Made by a program: the position numbers and the translations under genes
Notes under the pieces: model-generated
The model's database searches: none
What the model saw: the letters and a program-made list of their open reading frames with translations, nothing else
Told to the model about the DNA's origin: nothing
Assembly: GCA_963805975.1 (NCBI GenBank)
Contig: CAWDVR010000002.1
Coordinates: forward strand, 256,001-320,000
Length of the DNA: 64,000 bases
From: an uncultured Acidobacteriota bacterium
GTDB lineage: Bacteria; Acidobacteriota; Thermoanaerobaculia; Multivoradales; SZUA-115
Direction: 5' to 3'
Shown: positions 29,139 through 41,297 of the stretch, one piece after another
Layout: every line of letters begins with the position of its first letter
How positions within the stretch are numbered: position 1 is the stretch's first letter

Positions 29139-29822
29139 CTACCCGAGGCAGGAGGCCAGGAACTCCCCGATCTTCGCCCGTAGCTCCGCGGTGAGCTCGT
29201 GGCCGCCGTGGAAGACGAAGGTCTCTGCCTCGACGCCCTTGCCGTGGAGCGCCGCGAGATCGCGCTCCATCTGCTCGGTCGGGTAGGAGGCGTCGGCGTC
29301 GCCACGCGCCAGCAGCACTCGGGGAAAATCTGTGAGATCAGCCGCGAGCACGTCCGGCGGCACGTCGGCGGCGAGCGCCACCAGGCCGCGTGCCGGGTGC
29401 CCGGCGAACGCCGCCGCCCGGTACGCCATGGCCACACCCTGGGAGAAACCGAGATAGAAGAGCGCCTCGCCCACCGGGTGCCGGTGTTTCAGGTCGTCCA
29501 CCACCGCTGCCGCGTAGCGCACGTTGTCGGCGATCGCCAGCTCCCGGTTGAAGCGCGTCATCCAGCTCGCCGCGATCTCGCCCGACCGGCCGCGGTAGAA
29601 GGTGTGGAGGGCCTGCACCGAGGCAATCAAGAACTGCTCCGCGCCGGGCAGGCGCTCGAGATCGGGAAGCAGGTCCGCGGCGGTCTGCGCGTAGCCGTGA
29701 AAGCCCACCAGCAGTGGCCAAGGCCCCGGTTCAGCCGGCGCCCGCTCGAGGAAATGGCCGTGGGTCGCGGTCTCGATCTGGCGGCCCGCGGCACTGCCCG
29801 TACGCTCGTTGGGCTCGCTCAT
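29139..29822 (-). CDS. alpha/beta hydrolase (phospholipase/carboxylesterase-like)
   Basis: VGFHGY, GFSQG nucleophile elbow, GGH; ATG overlaps the trpA stop. Confidence 0.85.
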   Translation of the reverse strand: MSEPNERTGSAAGRQIETATHGHFLERAPAEPGPWPLLVGFHGYAQTAADLLPDLERLPGAEQFLIASVQALHTFYRGRSGEIAASWMTRFNRELAIADNVRYAAAVVDDLKHRHPVGEALFYLGFSQGVAMAYRAAAFAGHPARGLVALAADVPPDVLAADLTDFPRVLLARGDADASYPTEQMERDLAALHGKGVEAETFVFHGGHELTAELRAKIGEFLASCLG

Positions 29823-30657
29823 CGCCGCCTCCAGGGCAGCCGGGAGCGCTCGTGGAGCGGCCCCGACAGCTCCCGCACCCGCGCCTCGACCGCCGAGGGG
29901 AGGCTCGCCTGGCCGCGCCTCTCCTCCACCAGCCGCACCAGGGCGCTCCCCACCACCACGCCGTCGGCAGCCTGGGCCACGGTCGCCACCTGCTCCGGGG
30001 TCGAGATGCCGAAACCCACCGCCACCGGCTGCGGCAGCTTCTTGCGCAGCGCGCGCACCTCGGCCAGCAGGCGCGCCGGCAGCCGCTGCCGCTCGCCGGT
30101 GACGCCGGTCGTCGAGACGTAGTAGACGAAGCCGCTCGAGCTCTCGCTCACCCGCTCGATCCGGCGCCGGTCCGAGGTCGGCGCCAGGAGGAAGATGGTG
30201 TCGATGCCGTGCCGCAGCAGGGCGGGCACGAGGTCCAGGGCGCCTTCCTCGGGCGGCAGGTCCAGACACAGCACGCCGTCCACCCCCGAGGCCGCCGCCT
30301 GTTCGGCGAAGCGCTCGATGCCGCGGGCGAGGATGGGATTGAAGTAGGAGAAGAGGACGATGGGCACCCCGATGCGGCGCCGCGTCCGCGCCACCAGCTC
30401 GAGCACCTTGGCGAGCGTGGTGCCGGCGGCGAGCGCCCGCGCGGCGGCGCGCTGGATCACCGGGCCGTCGGCGATCGGGTCCGAGAACGGCACTCCGAGC
30501 TCGATCAGGTCCGCGCCTCCCGCTGCCGCGGCCTCGAGCAGCTTGCCGCTCGTCGGCAGGTCCGGGTCGCCCGCCATCAGGAAGGGGATGAACGCTGCCC
30601 GCTTCTCGGCGCGGCAGCGTGCGAAGGCCCGCGCGATCCCTCCGGCAGGCTGATTCA

Positions 30658-30661
<4 letters not shown>
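29819..30661 (-). CDS. trpA: tryptophan synthase alpha
   Basis: [34 protein letters not shown]. Confidence 0.95.
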
Positions 30662-31969
<1,308 letters not shown>

Positions 31970-31980
<11 letters not shown>

Positions 31981-32605
31981 CGTGTACCTCCAGGATCAAC
32001 TGTTCGAGGCGCCGCGGGTCTTTGACCCCCGGCGCGCTCTCCACCCCCGAGCAGACGTCCACGCCGTCGGCGCCGCTCTCCTCGAGCGCCCGCCGTGCCG
32101 TGCCGGGCCGGATGCCGCCGGCCACGAAGAAAGGCCGGTCGAGAGCGAGGCCGGCGAGCGCAGCATAGCCCCAGGGCTCGCCGCTGCCTCCGTAGAGATC
32201 GGGGCGCAGCACGTCGAAGAGAAAACCCCAGGCCGCGGGAAAGGCGCCGGCGTCGAAACCGCCGAGATCGCCGCGCGTGCGCACCACTTTCAGCGCCCGC
32301 CCGCCGAACGCCGACACCTCCTCTGGCCTCTCGTCGCCGTGGAGCTGGAGAAGATCGAGCCCGACCGCGGCGCCGGTGGCCTCTACCTCCGCCGCCGGCC
32401 GGTTGACGAACACACCCACCACCTGCACCCGGCCGCGCACCGCCTCGGCGATCGCGCGCGCCCGTTCGACGGAGACGAAGCGCGGGCTGGGCGGGTGGAA
32501 GTTGAGGCCGATGAAGCCTGCGCCCAGGGCCACGGCGCGCTCCGCGTCCTCGACCCGTGTGACGCCGCAGACCTTGACCAGCGGGCGAGCCCGCGGCGCG
32601 CTCAC
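31970..32605 (-). CDS. trpF: phosphoribosylanthranilate isomerase
   Basis: [40 protein letters not shown]. Confidence 0.93.
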
Positions 32606-33396
32606 CGCGCCAGCTCCACCAGCTTGGCCGCCGGGTCGGGCGCCGTGAGCAGCGACTCGCCGATCAGGAAGGCATCGAAGCCGGCCGCCGCCAGCCGTTC
32701 GAGGTCGTCGCGGCTCGCGAGGCCGCTCTCCGCCACCCGGAGCGCGCCCGCGGGGAGGAGCGGAGCCAGGCGCTCGGCGGTCGCGAGCGACACCTCGAAG
32801 GTCCGCAGGTCGCGGTTGTTGACGCCCAGCAGCTCCCACTCGCGTCCCTCGAGCTTGGGGAGGTCGTCCTCGCCGGAGAGCTCGATCAAGGGCACCAGCC
32901 CGAGCTGCCGCGCCATGCCGGCGTAGCCCGCGAGCTCGCAGGCGTCGTAGAGCGCGGCGATCAACAGCACGGCGTCGGCCGCGGCGCGCTTCGCCCACCA
33001 GAGCTGCAAGGGATGGACGATGAAGTCCTTGGCGATCGCCGGCAGGCCCGAGGCCTGGCGGCAGCGGGCCAGGAGGTCGTAGCTGCCGAAGAAGAAATCC
33101 GGCTCGACGACCACCGACAGCGCGGCGGCGCCGTTGGCGGCGTAGGTCCGCGCCTGCTCCTCGGGGTCGAAGCGGCCGGCGAGCGAACCGAGGCGTGGCG
33201 AGCCCATCTTGACCTCGGCGATCACCGCCCGGCCGCGGTGCGCGGAGAGCGCCGCCAGGAACGCGTTGTCGGCGGCGGTGCGCGGCTGGCCCGGGGCGAG
33301 CACGGGCAGCTCGCCGGTCTGCTCGGCGGCCTCGGCCAGCCGCAGGCGGCGCTCTCCGGTGATGCGCCGCAGGATGTCCGGTAGCTCGTTGCTCAT
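32602..33396 (-). CDS. trpC: indole-3-glycerol phosphate synthase
   Basis: IAEVKMGSP, KDFI, GVNNRDLRTF, AESG, LIGESL. Confidence 0.93.
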   Translation of the reverse strand: MSNELPDILRRITGERRLRLAEAAEQTGELPVLAPGQPRTAADNAFLAALSAHRGRAVIAEVKMGSPRLGSLAGRFDPEEQARTYAANGAAALSVVVEPDFFFGSYDLLARCRQASGLPAIAKDFIVHPLQLWWAKRAAADAVLLIAALYDACELAGYAGMARQLGLVPLIELSGEDDLPKLEGREWELLGVNNRDLRTFEVSLATAERLAPLLPAGALRVAESGLASRDDLERLAAAGFDAFLIGESLLTAPDPAAKLVELAR

Positions 33397-33411
33397 CTCG
33401 TCGTCTCAATC

Positions 33412-33489
33412 GAGCGGCCGGCACAGGTCCGACCGCTACGGCCGGAAACTGCCCTCCGGACGTAGCGGCCGGGCTTGTATCGGCCGCTC
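33412..33489. repeat. inverted pair of GTAG-type REP-like palindromes (REPIN-like)
   Basis: GTAGCGGTCGGACCTGTGCCGGCCGCTC (minus, 33439-33412) and GTAGCGGCCGGGCTTGTATCGGCCGCTC (plus, 33462-33489). Confidence 0.65.
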
Positions 33490-33505
33490 CAACCGCCCGT
33501 CTCCG

Positions 33506-34522
33506 TCACGTCGATCCGAACCTCGCCAACGCCTCCAGCTTCGCACCTGCCGCGCCCGAGCCCAGGGCCTCGCGCGCCCGCTCGAGGCCGGCAGCCAGGC
33601 TCTCCGCCACGCCGGCCACGTAGAGCGCCGCCGCGGCGTTGAGCGCCACCACGTCTGCCAGCGGGCTGCTCTCGCCGCCGAGGAGCCTGCGCATCAGCAC
33701 CGCGTTGTGCTCGGGATCGCCGCCGGAGAGCTCCTCCGGCCTGGCCAGTGCCACCCCAAAGTCCCTGGGATCGAGATCATAAACCTCGACTCTGCCTCGC
33801 CGCACCTCGGCCACCCGCGTGCGGCCGGTGGTGGTGATCTCGTCCAGCCCGTCGGAGCCATGCACCACCAGCGCGTGGTCGCTGCCGAGGTCGGCCAGCA
33901 CCCCGGCCAGGAGCTCTACCAGCTCGGGAGCGTAGACGCCCAGGAGCTGCCGGCGCGCGCCCGCCGGGTTGGTGAGCGGCCCCAACACGTTGAACAGGGT
34001 GCGCACGCCGAGCGCGCGGCGCACCGGCATGGCGTGCTTCATGGCCGGGTGCAGGCGCGACGCAAAAAGGAAGGCGATGCCGACCTCGTCGAGAGCGCGG
34101 GCCGCCAGCTCGGGCTCGACCTCGATCGGCACGCCGAGGGCGGCGAGCACGTCGGCGCTGCCCGACCGGCTCGACACCGAGCGGTTGCCGTGCTTGGCCA
34201 CGGTGGCGCCGGCCGCCGCCGCCACGAACGCCGCGGCGGTCGAGATGTTGAAGCTGCCGCGGCCGTCGCCGCCCGTGCCGCAGGTGTCGATCAGGTCCGT
34301 GCGGCGGTGCGGGATCGCCGTCACTCGGGCGCGCATGGCGGCGGCGGCGCCGGTGATCTCGTCGCGCGCCTCGCCTTTCATGCGCAGTGCGACGAGGAGC
34401 GCCGCCTGCACCGGCCCCGGCACGTCGCCGTCCATCAGCCGGCCGAAGAGCGCTTCGGTCTCCGCGCGGGTGAGGTCCTCGCGGGCCATGAGCCGGGAGA
34501 GGGCTTCGCGGTCAGAGAGCAT
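33506..34522 (-). CDS. trpD: anthranilate phosphoribosyltransferase
   Basis: DTCGTGGDG, NIST, KHGNRSVSSRSGSAD, GPLTNP, GLDE. Confidence 0.95.
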   Translation of the reverse strand: MLSDREALSRLMAREDLTRAETEALFGRLMDGDVPGPVQAALLVALRMKGEARDEITGAAAAMRARVTAIPHRRTDLIDTCGTGGDGRGSFNISTAAAFVAAAAGATVAKHGNRSVSSRSGSADVLAALGVPIEVEPELAARALDEVGIAFLFASRLHPAMKHAMPVRRALGVRTLFNVLGPLTNPAGARRQLLGVYAPELVELLAGVLADLGSDHALVVHGSDGLDEITTTGRTRVAEVRRGRVEVYDLDPRDFGVALARPEELSGGDPEHNAVLMRRLLGGESSPLADVVALNAAAALYVAGVAESLAAGLERAREALGSGAAGAKLEALARFGST

Positions 34523-34531
34523 GATCAAGAG

Positions 34532-34695
34532 CCCCTCACCCTAGCCCTCTCCCCGCGAGCGGGGAGAGGGGGCCGGAAGGAGAGCGGCCATTTCCCGCAG
34601 GAAGGGAAGAGGGACCGAAATGGCAGAAGTGGCCTCCCCGGACGGCTGGTGGCGCCCTCGCCCCGCGGCAGCGGGGAGAGGGTCGGGGTGAGGGG
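34532..34695. repeat. inverted pair of boxC-like CCCTCACCC...GGGAGAGGG palindromic repeats
   Basis: CCCCTCACCCTAGCCCTCTCCCCGCGAGCGGGGAGAGGGG (34532-34571) and inverted copy CCCTCGCCCCGCGGCAGCGGGGAGAGGGTCGGGGTGAGGGG (34655-34695). Confidence 0.7.
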
Positions 34696-34709
34696 CGGTG
34701 AGCCGCGGC

Positions 34710-35288
34710 TCATCCGGCTCTCTCCCCGCACAAGGCCAGGAAGTTCCCCAGCAGCCTCCTCCCTTCCCCCGTCAGCACGGACTCGGGGTGGAACTGCACG
34801 CCCCAGTAAGGCAGCTCCCGGTGGCGCATGGACATCAGCGCGCCGTCGTCGCTCCAGGCCAGGGGCTCGAGCTCCGGCGGGAGCGTGGGCTCTTTGACCT
34901 CCAGGCTGTGGTAGCGGCCGGCCGCGAACGGGTCGGGCAGGCCGGCCAGGATCCCCAGACCGCCATGGCGCACCGGCGAGGCCTTGCCGTGCATCAGGCG
35001 CTCGGCACGGCCCACCTCGGCGCCGAAGGCGAGGCCCAGCGCCTGGTGCCCGAGGCAGACGCCGAGCACCGGCACCTGCGGCCGCGCGGCGAAGAGGTCC
35101 AGGCAGACGCCCGCGTCCTCCGGCCGGCCCGGCCCGGGGGACAGCACCAGGCCCGCGGGCCCGAGGCCCAGCATCTCCTCGGCGCTCGCGGCATCGTTGC
35201 GCAGCACGGTCACCGGCGCGCCCTGCTCGGCCAGCAATTGGACGAGGTTGTAGGTGAAGGAGTCGTAGTTGTCGACCACCAGGATCAT
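34710..35288 (-). CDS. trpG: anthranilate synthase glutamine amidotransferase
   Basis: DNYDSFTYNL, SPGPG, GVCLGHQ, RYHSL, QFHPES. Confidence 0.95.
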   Translation of the reverse strand: MILVVDNYDSFTYNLVQLLAEQGAPVTVLRNDAASAEEMLGLGPAGLVLSPGPGRPEDAGVCLDLFAARPQVPVLGVCLGHQALGLAFGAEVGRAERLMHGKASPVRHGGLGILAGLPDPFAAGRYHSLEVKEPTLPPELEPLAWSDDGALMSMRHRELPYWGVQFHPESVLTGEGRRLLGNFLALCGERAG

Positions 35289-36784
35289 CCGTCCTCCCTC
35301 CCCGCCGCTTCCAGCCGTTCCGCCAGGCTCACGGCGGCCAGCAGCGCCGCCGCCTTGTTCTCGGTCTCCTTCTCCTCGGCCGCGGGATCGGAGTCGGCCA
35401 CGATGCCGGCGCCGGCCGTCACCGAGGTCTCGCCGTCCTTCACCACCAGTGTGCGGATGGTGATGCAGGTGTCGAGGTCGCCGGAGAACGAGAGGTAGCC
35501 CACGGCGCCGGCGTACGGCCCGCGCGCCTCGGGCTCCAGCGTGTCGATGATCTCCACGGCCCGGATCTTCGGCGCTCCGGACACCGTGCCCGCCGGGAAA
35601 CAGGCGAGCAACGTGCCGAGCGCGCCCGCGGCGCCGGCAGGCCGGCCGGCGTCGAGCTCCGCCTCGACGCTCGACACCAGGTGCATCACGTGGCTGTAGC
35701 GCTCGATCTCGAGGAACGAGGGCACCGTAACCGAGCCCGGCCGCGCCACCCGGCCGAGGTCGTTCCTCCCGAGGTCCACCAGCATCACGTGCTCGGCGCG
35801 CTCCTTGGGGTCGGCGAGCAGGCTCTCGGCGAGCAGCCGGTCACCCTCGGCGTCGGCGCCCCGCGGCCGGGTGCCGGCGATCGGCCGGGTCTCGATCCGG
35901 CGCCCGGTCTTCCTCACCAGCATCTCGGGGGAGGCGCCCACCAGGGCCGCATCCGGCGTCTCGAGCAGCACCATGTAGGGCGACGGGTTGATCAGCCGCA
36001 CGGCGCGGTAGAGGGCCAGCGGCTCCGGCTGACGCGCCGGAGGGAGGGGCCGCGCCAGGCGGAAGCGACGCGCCAGCACCACCTGGAAGATGTCGCCGGC
36101 CGCGATGTGCTCCCGGGCCTGCTCGACCGCGGCGCGGAACTCGGCGCCGGAGAGGCTGGGCTCGACTCCCGCCGGAGGCCGGAAGGTGAGCTCCGGCAGG
36201 GCCACGCCACCGCCCTGCCCGGCCGCGGTCAGCGCCTTCTCGAGGCGCGCCAGCTCGCGCTCGGCATCGGCGCCCGTGGACTCCCCTTCCACTTCGTTGG
36301 CGATCGCCAGTACCCGCTGGTGGGCGTGATCGAAGACCACCACGGTGTCGAAGCGGCCGAGGAGCGCCACCGGCAGGCCGAACGGATCGGGCGGCCGGCC
36401 CGGCAGCCGCTCGATCAGGCGGATCAAATCGAAGCCGAAGAAGCCCACCCAGCCGCCGGTGAAAGGGATTGGCCCGGCGTCCGCGGCCACGCCCGCGACG
36501 ACCTGTTCCAGCGCCGCGAGCGGCGCGCCCGGCAACCGCTCGACCTTGCCGTCGCGCTCGATCTCGAGACGATCGGCCCACAGCCGCAGCACCTCCCGCG
36601 GCCCGGCGCCGAGGATCGAGTAGCGCGACACCTGCTCGCCGCCCGACACGCTCTCGAACAGGAAGCGGAACGGCGAGATCGCCGCCAGCCGCCGGTAGAC
36701 GGCGAGCGGCGACAGCGTGTCGGCCAGGAACTCGCGTACGTGCGGTACGGCGCGGCGCGGCGCCGTGCTCTCGGTGAGTGCCAT
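35285..36784 (-). CDS. trpE: anthranilate synthase component I
   Basis: FLFES, NPSPYM, ASPE, PIAGTRPRG, EHVMLVDLGRND, PAGTVSGAPK, AGAGIVADS. Confidence 0.95.
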   Translation of the reverse strand: MALTESTAPRRAVPHVREFLADTLSPLAVYRRLAAISPFRFLFESVSGGEQVSRYSILGAGPREVLRLWADRLEIERDGKVERLPGAPLAALEQVVAGVAADAGPIPFTGGWVGFFGFDLIRLIERLPGRPPDPFGLPVALLGRFDTVVVFDHAHQRVLAIANEVEGESTGADAERELARLEKALTAAGQGGGVALPELTFRPPAGVEPSLSGAEFRAAVEQAREHIAAGDIFQVVLARRFRLARPLPPARQPEPLALYRAVRLINPSPYMVLLETPDAALVGASPEMLVRKTGRRIETRPIAGTRPRGADAEGDRLLAESLLADPKERAEHVMLVDLGRNDLGRVARPGSVTVPSFLEIERYSHVMHLVSSVEAELDAGRPAGAAGALGTLLACFPAGTVSGAPKIRAVEIIDTLEPEARGPYAGAVGYLSFSGDLDTCITIRTLVVKDGETSVTAGAGIVADSDPAAEEKETENKAAALLAAVSLAERLEAAGREDG

Positions 36785-37452
36785 CAATCGCTCCCTCGCC
36801 TGGCCATCTCGCGCTCCCGGTGCCGGCGCACCAGCTCCTCCGCCACCGCCCGCGCCGGTACGCCGCGCGCCGCGAGCAGCGCCAGGAGGTGGAACAGCAG
36901 GTCCGCGGCCTCCGAGGTCAGACGCTCCTCGCTCTCGGGGCCTGCGGGCGCCAGCGCCGCGATCACCGTCTCGACCGCCTCCTCTCCCACCTTCTGTGCA
37001 ACGCGGGCGAGTCCGGACGACAACAGCCGTGCCGTGTAGCTCTCCGCGGGGTCCGCGCTCCCGCGCTCGGCGATCACCTTCTCGAGCCAGCCCAGCTCGA
37101 TCGCCGCCGCGTTGGGCTCGAAGCAGGAGCGCGAGCCGCGGTGGCAGGTGGGGCCGCGCGGGTGGGCACGCACCAGCAGCGCGTCCCCGTCGCAGTCCGC
37201 CAGCACCTCGGCCACCTCCAGCACGTGGCCGGAGGTCTCACCCTTCCTCCACGGGGCCTTTCGCGAGCGGCTCCAGAAGTGCGCCTCGCCGGTCGAGAGC
37301 GTCTTCGCCACCGCCTCGCGGTCGGCGTAGGCCAGCATCAGCACCGCGCCCGTGGCGGCGTCCTGCACCACCACCGGCACCAGGCCGTTCCCGTCGAAGC
37401 GGAGAGCCGCCGGGTCGATCGTCACTGGATCGATCGTCATTGGGTCGTTCAT
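36784..37452 (-). CDS. hisIE: bifunctional phosphoribosyl-AMP cyclohydrolase/phosphoribosyl-ATP pyrophosphatase
   Basis: WSRSR, KGETSG, DCDGD, TCHRG..SCF, SYTARL, KVGEEAVE, EAADLLFH. Confidence 0.95.
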   Translation of the reverse strand: MNDPMTIDPVTIDPAALRFDGNGLVPVVVQDAATGAVLMLAYADREAVAKTLSTGEAHFWSRSRKAPWRKGETSGHVLEVAEVLADCDGDALLVRAHPRGPTCHRGSRSCFEPNAAAIELGWLEKVIAERGSADPAESYTARLLSSGLARVAQKVGEEAVETVIAALAPAGPESEERLTSEAADLLFHLLALLAARGVPARAVAEELVRRHREREMARRGSD

Positions 37453-38234
37453 CAGGGCGCCTCCGTGAGCCGCATCGGGAAGCCGCGGCCCGCGAGGTCG
37501 CGCTTCACCTCGGCGACCGTCCAGTCGCCCTGGTGGAAGATCGAGGCGGCGAGCACGGCCGCGGCCCCGGCCACGAGCGCCGCCGCCAGGTGCCGGACCG
37601 TGCCGGCGCCGCCCGAGGCGATCACCGGCACGTTCACCGCAGACGAAGCCGCGGCGACCAGCTCGAGGTCGTAGCCCTGGCGCGTGCCGTCGCCGTCGAT
37701 CGAGGTGAGCAGCACCTCGCCGGCGCCGAGCGCGACCGCTTCTTCGATCCAGGCCAGCACCTCGCGGCCGGCCGCGCACCGGCCGCCGTGGGTCACCACC
37801 TCCCACTGTCCCTCGCCTGAGCGCCGGGCGTCCACCGACAGCACCACGCACTGGGCGCCGAAGGTTCCGGCCAGCTCGGCGACCAGCGCCGGCCGCTCCA
37901 CGGCCGCGGTGTTGACCCCGACCTTGTCCGCGCCGGCCAGCAGGAGTGCCCGCGCGTCCGCCACCGAGCGCACGCCGCCGCCGACGGTGAGCGGCACGAA
38001 GACCCGCTCGGCCACCGCTTCCACCCACGCGAGGTCCGTGCCGCGGCGCTCGGGCGCCGCCGTGATGTCGAGGAACACGATCTCGTCCGCGCCCTCCGTG
38101 GCATAGCGGGCCGCGGCGTCCGCCGGATCGCCCTGGTCGCGCAGATCGGCGAAGCGCACGCCCTTGACCACCCGTCCCGCGGCCACGTCCAGGCAGGGGA
38201 TCACTCGGCGCGCGAGAGCGGTCGGGGCCGTCAC
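37452..38234 (-). CDS. hisF: imidazole glycerol phosphate synthase cyclase
   Basis: [44 protein letters not shown]. Confidence 0.95.
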   Translation of the reverse strand: MTAPTALARRVIPCLDVAAGRVVKGVRFADLRDQGDPADAAARYATEGADEIVFLDITAAPERRGTDLAWVEAVAERVFVPLTVGGGVRSVADARALLLAGADKVGVNTAAVERPALVAELAGTFGAQCVVLSVDARRSGEGQWEVVTHGGRCAAGREVLAWIEEAVALGAGEVLLTSIDGDGTRQGYDLELVAAASSAVNVPVIASGGAGTVRHLAAALVAGAAAVLAASIFHQGDWTVAEVKRDLAGRGFPMRLTEAP

Positions 38235-38983
38235 CGCCGTGGCTCCGCGGGAACGACGCCGGCGCCGCAGGCGGCGAGCGCGTCCGCGATGGTGAAGGCC
38301 CGTTCGTAGATCGCCCGCCCCACGACGGCGCCGGCGATCTCCGGGCTGGCGGCGGCGGCTTCGAGGTCGGCCAGCGAGCGCACGCCGCCGGAGAGCAGCG
38401 CGGGCAGATGGGTCGAGTCCGCCACCCGGCGCGCGAGGTCCAGATTGGGTCCCTCGAGCGTGCCGTCGCGGTCGATGTCGGTCACCAGCACCGCTGGGCA
38501 CGGCAGGCCCTTCAGCCGCCGGCAGATCTGGGACAGCGGCTCCGCCACCTCCTCCCGCCAGCCCGCGATGCGCAGCTCGCCGCCCCGGGTGTCGAGCGCG
38601 GGAACCAAGCGGCCGGGGTGCTCGCGCGCCAGCTCGGCGAAGAGCTCGGGCTGGCGCGCCACCATCGAGCCCACCACCACCCGCTCGCAGCCCAGCGCGA
38701 GCGCGGCCTCGACGGTGGCGCGGTCGCGCAGGCCGCCGCCGAGCTGCAGCGCGGCAGCACGCGCGAGCGCCGCGGTCGCGAGCGCGGCCAGCAGCTCGGT
38801 TTGCGGCTCGGCCTCGAACGCGGCGTCGAGGTCCACCACGTGCAGGCGGGTCACACCCGCGGCCAGCAGCTCTTCCAGCCAACCGAGCGGCGAGTCGCCG
38901 TACTCCGTGCGCAGGCTGTCGTCGCCGCGCAGCAGGCGCACGACCTTGCCGGCGCGCAGGTCAATGGCCGGCAGCAGGTCCAT
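38231..38983 (-). CDS. hisA: ProFAR isomerase
   Basis: [42 protein letters not shown]. Confidence 0.93.
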   Translation of the reverse strand: MDLLPAIDLRAGKVVRLLRGDDSLRTEYGDSPLGWLEELLAAGVTRLHVVDLDAAFEAEPQTELLAALATAALARAAALQLGGGLRDRATVEAALALGCERVVVGSMVARQPELFAELAREHPGRLVPALDTRGGELRIAGWREEVAEPLSQICRRLKGLPCPAVLVTDIDRDGTLEGPNLDLARRVADSTHLPALLSGGVRSLADLEAAAASPEIAGAVVGRAIYERAFTIADALAACGAGVVPAEPRR

Positions 38984-39584
38984 GCGCCATCTCCAGGAAA
39001 TTGCCCAGGATCTTCAACCCCAGGCGATCGCTCTTCTCCGGGTGAAACTGCGTGCCCAGCACCCGGCCGCGGCCGGCGACCGCCGGAAAAGCACGGCCGT
39101 GGGTGGCCGAAGCCAGCACCTCGCCCGCCGCCGTGCCCTCGGGCGCGAAGGAGTGAACGAAGTAGACGAAGGCGCCCTCCGGCACGCCGGCGAGGAGCGC
39201 GTGGTCCGCCAGGCCGTGCAGCCGGTTCCAGCCGATGTGGGGCCGCGGGACCGTGGCCGGAAGCGCGGTCACGCGGCCCGCGAGGAGCGCGAGACCGTCC
39301 GTGGAGCCGTGCTCCTCGCTGCCTTCGTAGAGGAGCTGGAAGCCGACGCAGATGCCGAGCAGCCAGGCACCGGCCGCGAGCGCCTCGCGGAGCGCCTGCT
39401 CGAGCGCGCCGCGCAGAACCTCCCGCGGCGTGCGGAAGGCGCCCACACCGGGCAGCAGCAGGCAGCGGCTGGCCGCGACGCGCGCCGGATCGCGGCTCAC
39501 CTCGGCTCGGGCCCCGGCAGCCACCAGGGCGCGCGCGAGGTTGCCCAAGTTGCCCACACCGGCGTCCACGATCAGCGCCTTCAT
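38961..39584 (-). CDS. hisH: imidazole glycerol phosphate synthase amidotransferase
   Basis: GNL, LPGVGAF, GICVGFQ, PHIGWN, YFVHS, QFHPEKS. Confidence 0.95.
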   Translation of the reverse strand: MKALIVDAGVGNLGNLARALVAAGARAEVSRDPARVAASRCLLLPGVGAFRTPREVLRGALEQALREALAAGAWLLGICVGFQLLYEGSEEHGSTDGLALLAGRVTALPATVPRPHIGWNRLHGLADHALLAGVPEGAFVYFVHSFAPEGTAAGEVLASATHGRAFPAVAGRGRVLGTQFHPEKSDRLGLKILGNFLEMAHGPAAGH

Positions 39585-40219
39585 CGGTCGAGCGTCCCCT
39601 TGGTGCTGGGCACCGCCGCGGCGCCCGGCCGCGGGCTCACGGCCTGCCGCAGCGCCAGGGCCACGGCCTTGAACGCCGCCTCGGACGCGTGGTGCGGGTT
39701 GCGGCCGGCGAGCACGTCGAGGTGCAGGGTGAGCCGCCCGCGGTCGGCGAGCGCGCCGAAGAAGTCCGCCACCAGGGTGAAGGGAAACGCCGCCGTCACC
39801 CAGCTCGCGGCGATGGGGTCCGGCGCGGAGAAGGCGAAGAAGCCGCGGCCCGAGAGGTCCACCACGGCGCGCGCCAGGGCCTCGTCGAGGGGCGCATAGG
39901 CGTGGGCGAAGCGGAAGACGCCGCGCTTCTCGCCGAGCGCCTGGGCGATCGCCTCGCCGAAGGCGATGCCCACGTCCTCCACCGTGTGATGGAGATCGAC
40001 GTGCGTGTCGCCTTCGGCTTCGAGGCGCAGGGCGAGCCCGCCGTGGGTGGCGAGAGCGTCGAGCATGTGGGCGAAGAAGCCATCCGGCACGGCGATTCTG
40101 GGCTCGATGTCTTCAGGCAGCCGGCCATCGAGACCGAGCGTGAGGCGCACCCGGGTCTCGCGCGTCTCGCGCTCGACGGTGGCGACACGGGAGGAATCGG
40201 CTGAGCGCTCCATGGTCAT
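39581..40219 (-). CDS. hisB: imidazoleglycerol-phosphate dehydratase
   Basis: RETRET, FFAHML, DLHHTVED, PLDEA, NPHHASEAAFKA. Confidence 0.93.
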   Translation of the reverse strand: MTMERSADSSRVATVERETRETRVRLTLGLDGRLPEDIEPRIAVPDGFFAHMLDALATHGGLALRLEAEGDTHVDLHHTVEDVGIAFGEAIAQALGEKRGVFRFAHAYAPLDEALARAVVDLSGRGFFAFSAPDPIAASWVTAAFPFTLVADFFGALADRGRLTLHLDVLAGRNPHHASEAAFKAVALALRQAVSPRPGAAAVPSTKGTLDR

Positions 40220-41297
40220 CCCGCGATCTCGCCGAGCGCCTTGGCCGTCGCCCGTCAGCGCCGCGCCCGAGCCCACCGAGAAGCGCAGGCAGCCGGCGAG
40301 GCCCGTGCCGCCGGACACGTCGCGCACCCGGATGCCGCGCCGCGCGAAGGCCGCCGTAGACCACCGCAGCGCCGCCGCCCGGGCAGCGGGCGAGGAGGAA
40401 GTTCGCCTGCGAGGGAAAGACCGCGAAGCCGCGCGCCTGCGAGCATCGCCTGCCACTGGCCCCGGCGGGCGACGAGCAGCCGCACGCGCTTCCCGAGCCG
40501 CGCCGCCGCGGCCAGGCACTCCTCGCCGGCCACCAGCGCCGCGTGGCCCACGTTGTAGGGCAGCTTCACCTTGATCAGCTCGGCCACCAGCTCCGGCGCC
40601 GTCGAGGAGGTAGCCGAGCCGCAGGCCGGCGAGCGACCAGGCCTTGGAGAAGGTGCGGAAGAGAATCAGGTGCGGGTGGCGGGCGAGGAGCGGCCGGTAG
40701 TCCTCGGTCGAGAACTCGCCGTAGGCGTTGTCGAGCAGCAGCGGCGCCTCGAGCCGCGCCAGCAGCTCCTCCACCTCTCGGACCGGCACCGCCTCGCCCG
40801 TGGGGTTGTTGGGGCTGCGTCAGGAGCACCGGCCGGCGCGGGTCGCGCGCCACCTCGGCGAGAAGCTCCGCCCACGGCAGCCGCAGGTCGGCGCGCGGCC
40901 CCAGGAAGCGCGCCGCGGCGCCGGTGCGCTCGATCATCATGCGGTAGGGCTCGAAGCCGGGGCGCAGCGCCAGCACCTCGGCCCCCGGCCCGGCCACGGC
41001 CTCGAGCGCCACGCCCAGGAGCTCGTTCGAGCCGTTGCCCACCAGGATCCCCGCGGCCGGGTGGCCGTGGTGGCGCGAGAGGGCTTCCCGCAGCGCGTCG
41101 CCGTGGAAGTCCGGGTAGCGCGCGAAGTCCAGCTCCAGCAGGCGCTCGGCGATGCGCCGCTTCACGGCCCGCGGCAGGTCCCACGGCACTTCGTTCTGGT
41201 CGAGCTTGAACCGGCACGGCGCGAGGTCGAGGTGGTAGGCGCGCGCCCGCCGCACTTCCGGCCGCACCAGCTCGGCCACCGAGCGCACCGCGCTCAC
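40216..41297 (-). CDS. hisC: histidinol-phosphate aminotransferase (five apparent +1 frameshifts, probably sequencing errors)
   Basis: [44 protein letters not shown] recovered across frame switches near 40818, 40603, 40437, 40347, 40255. Confidence 0.85.
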
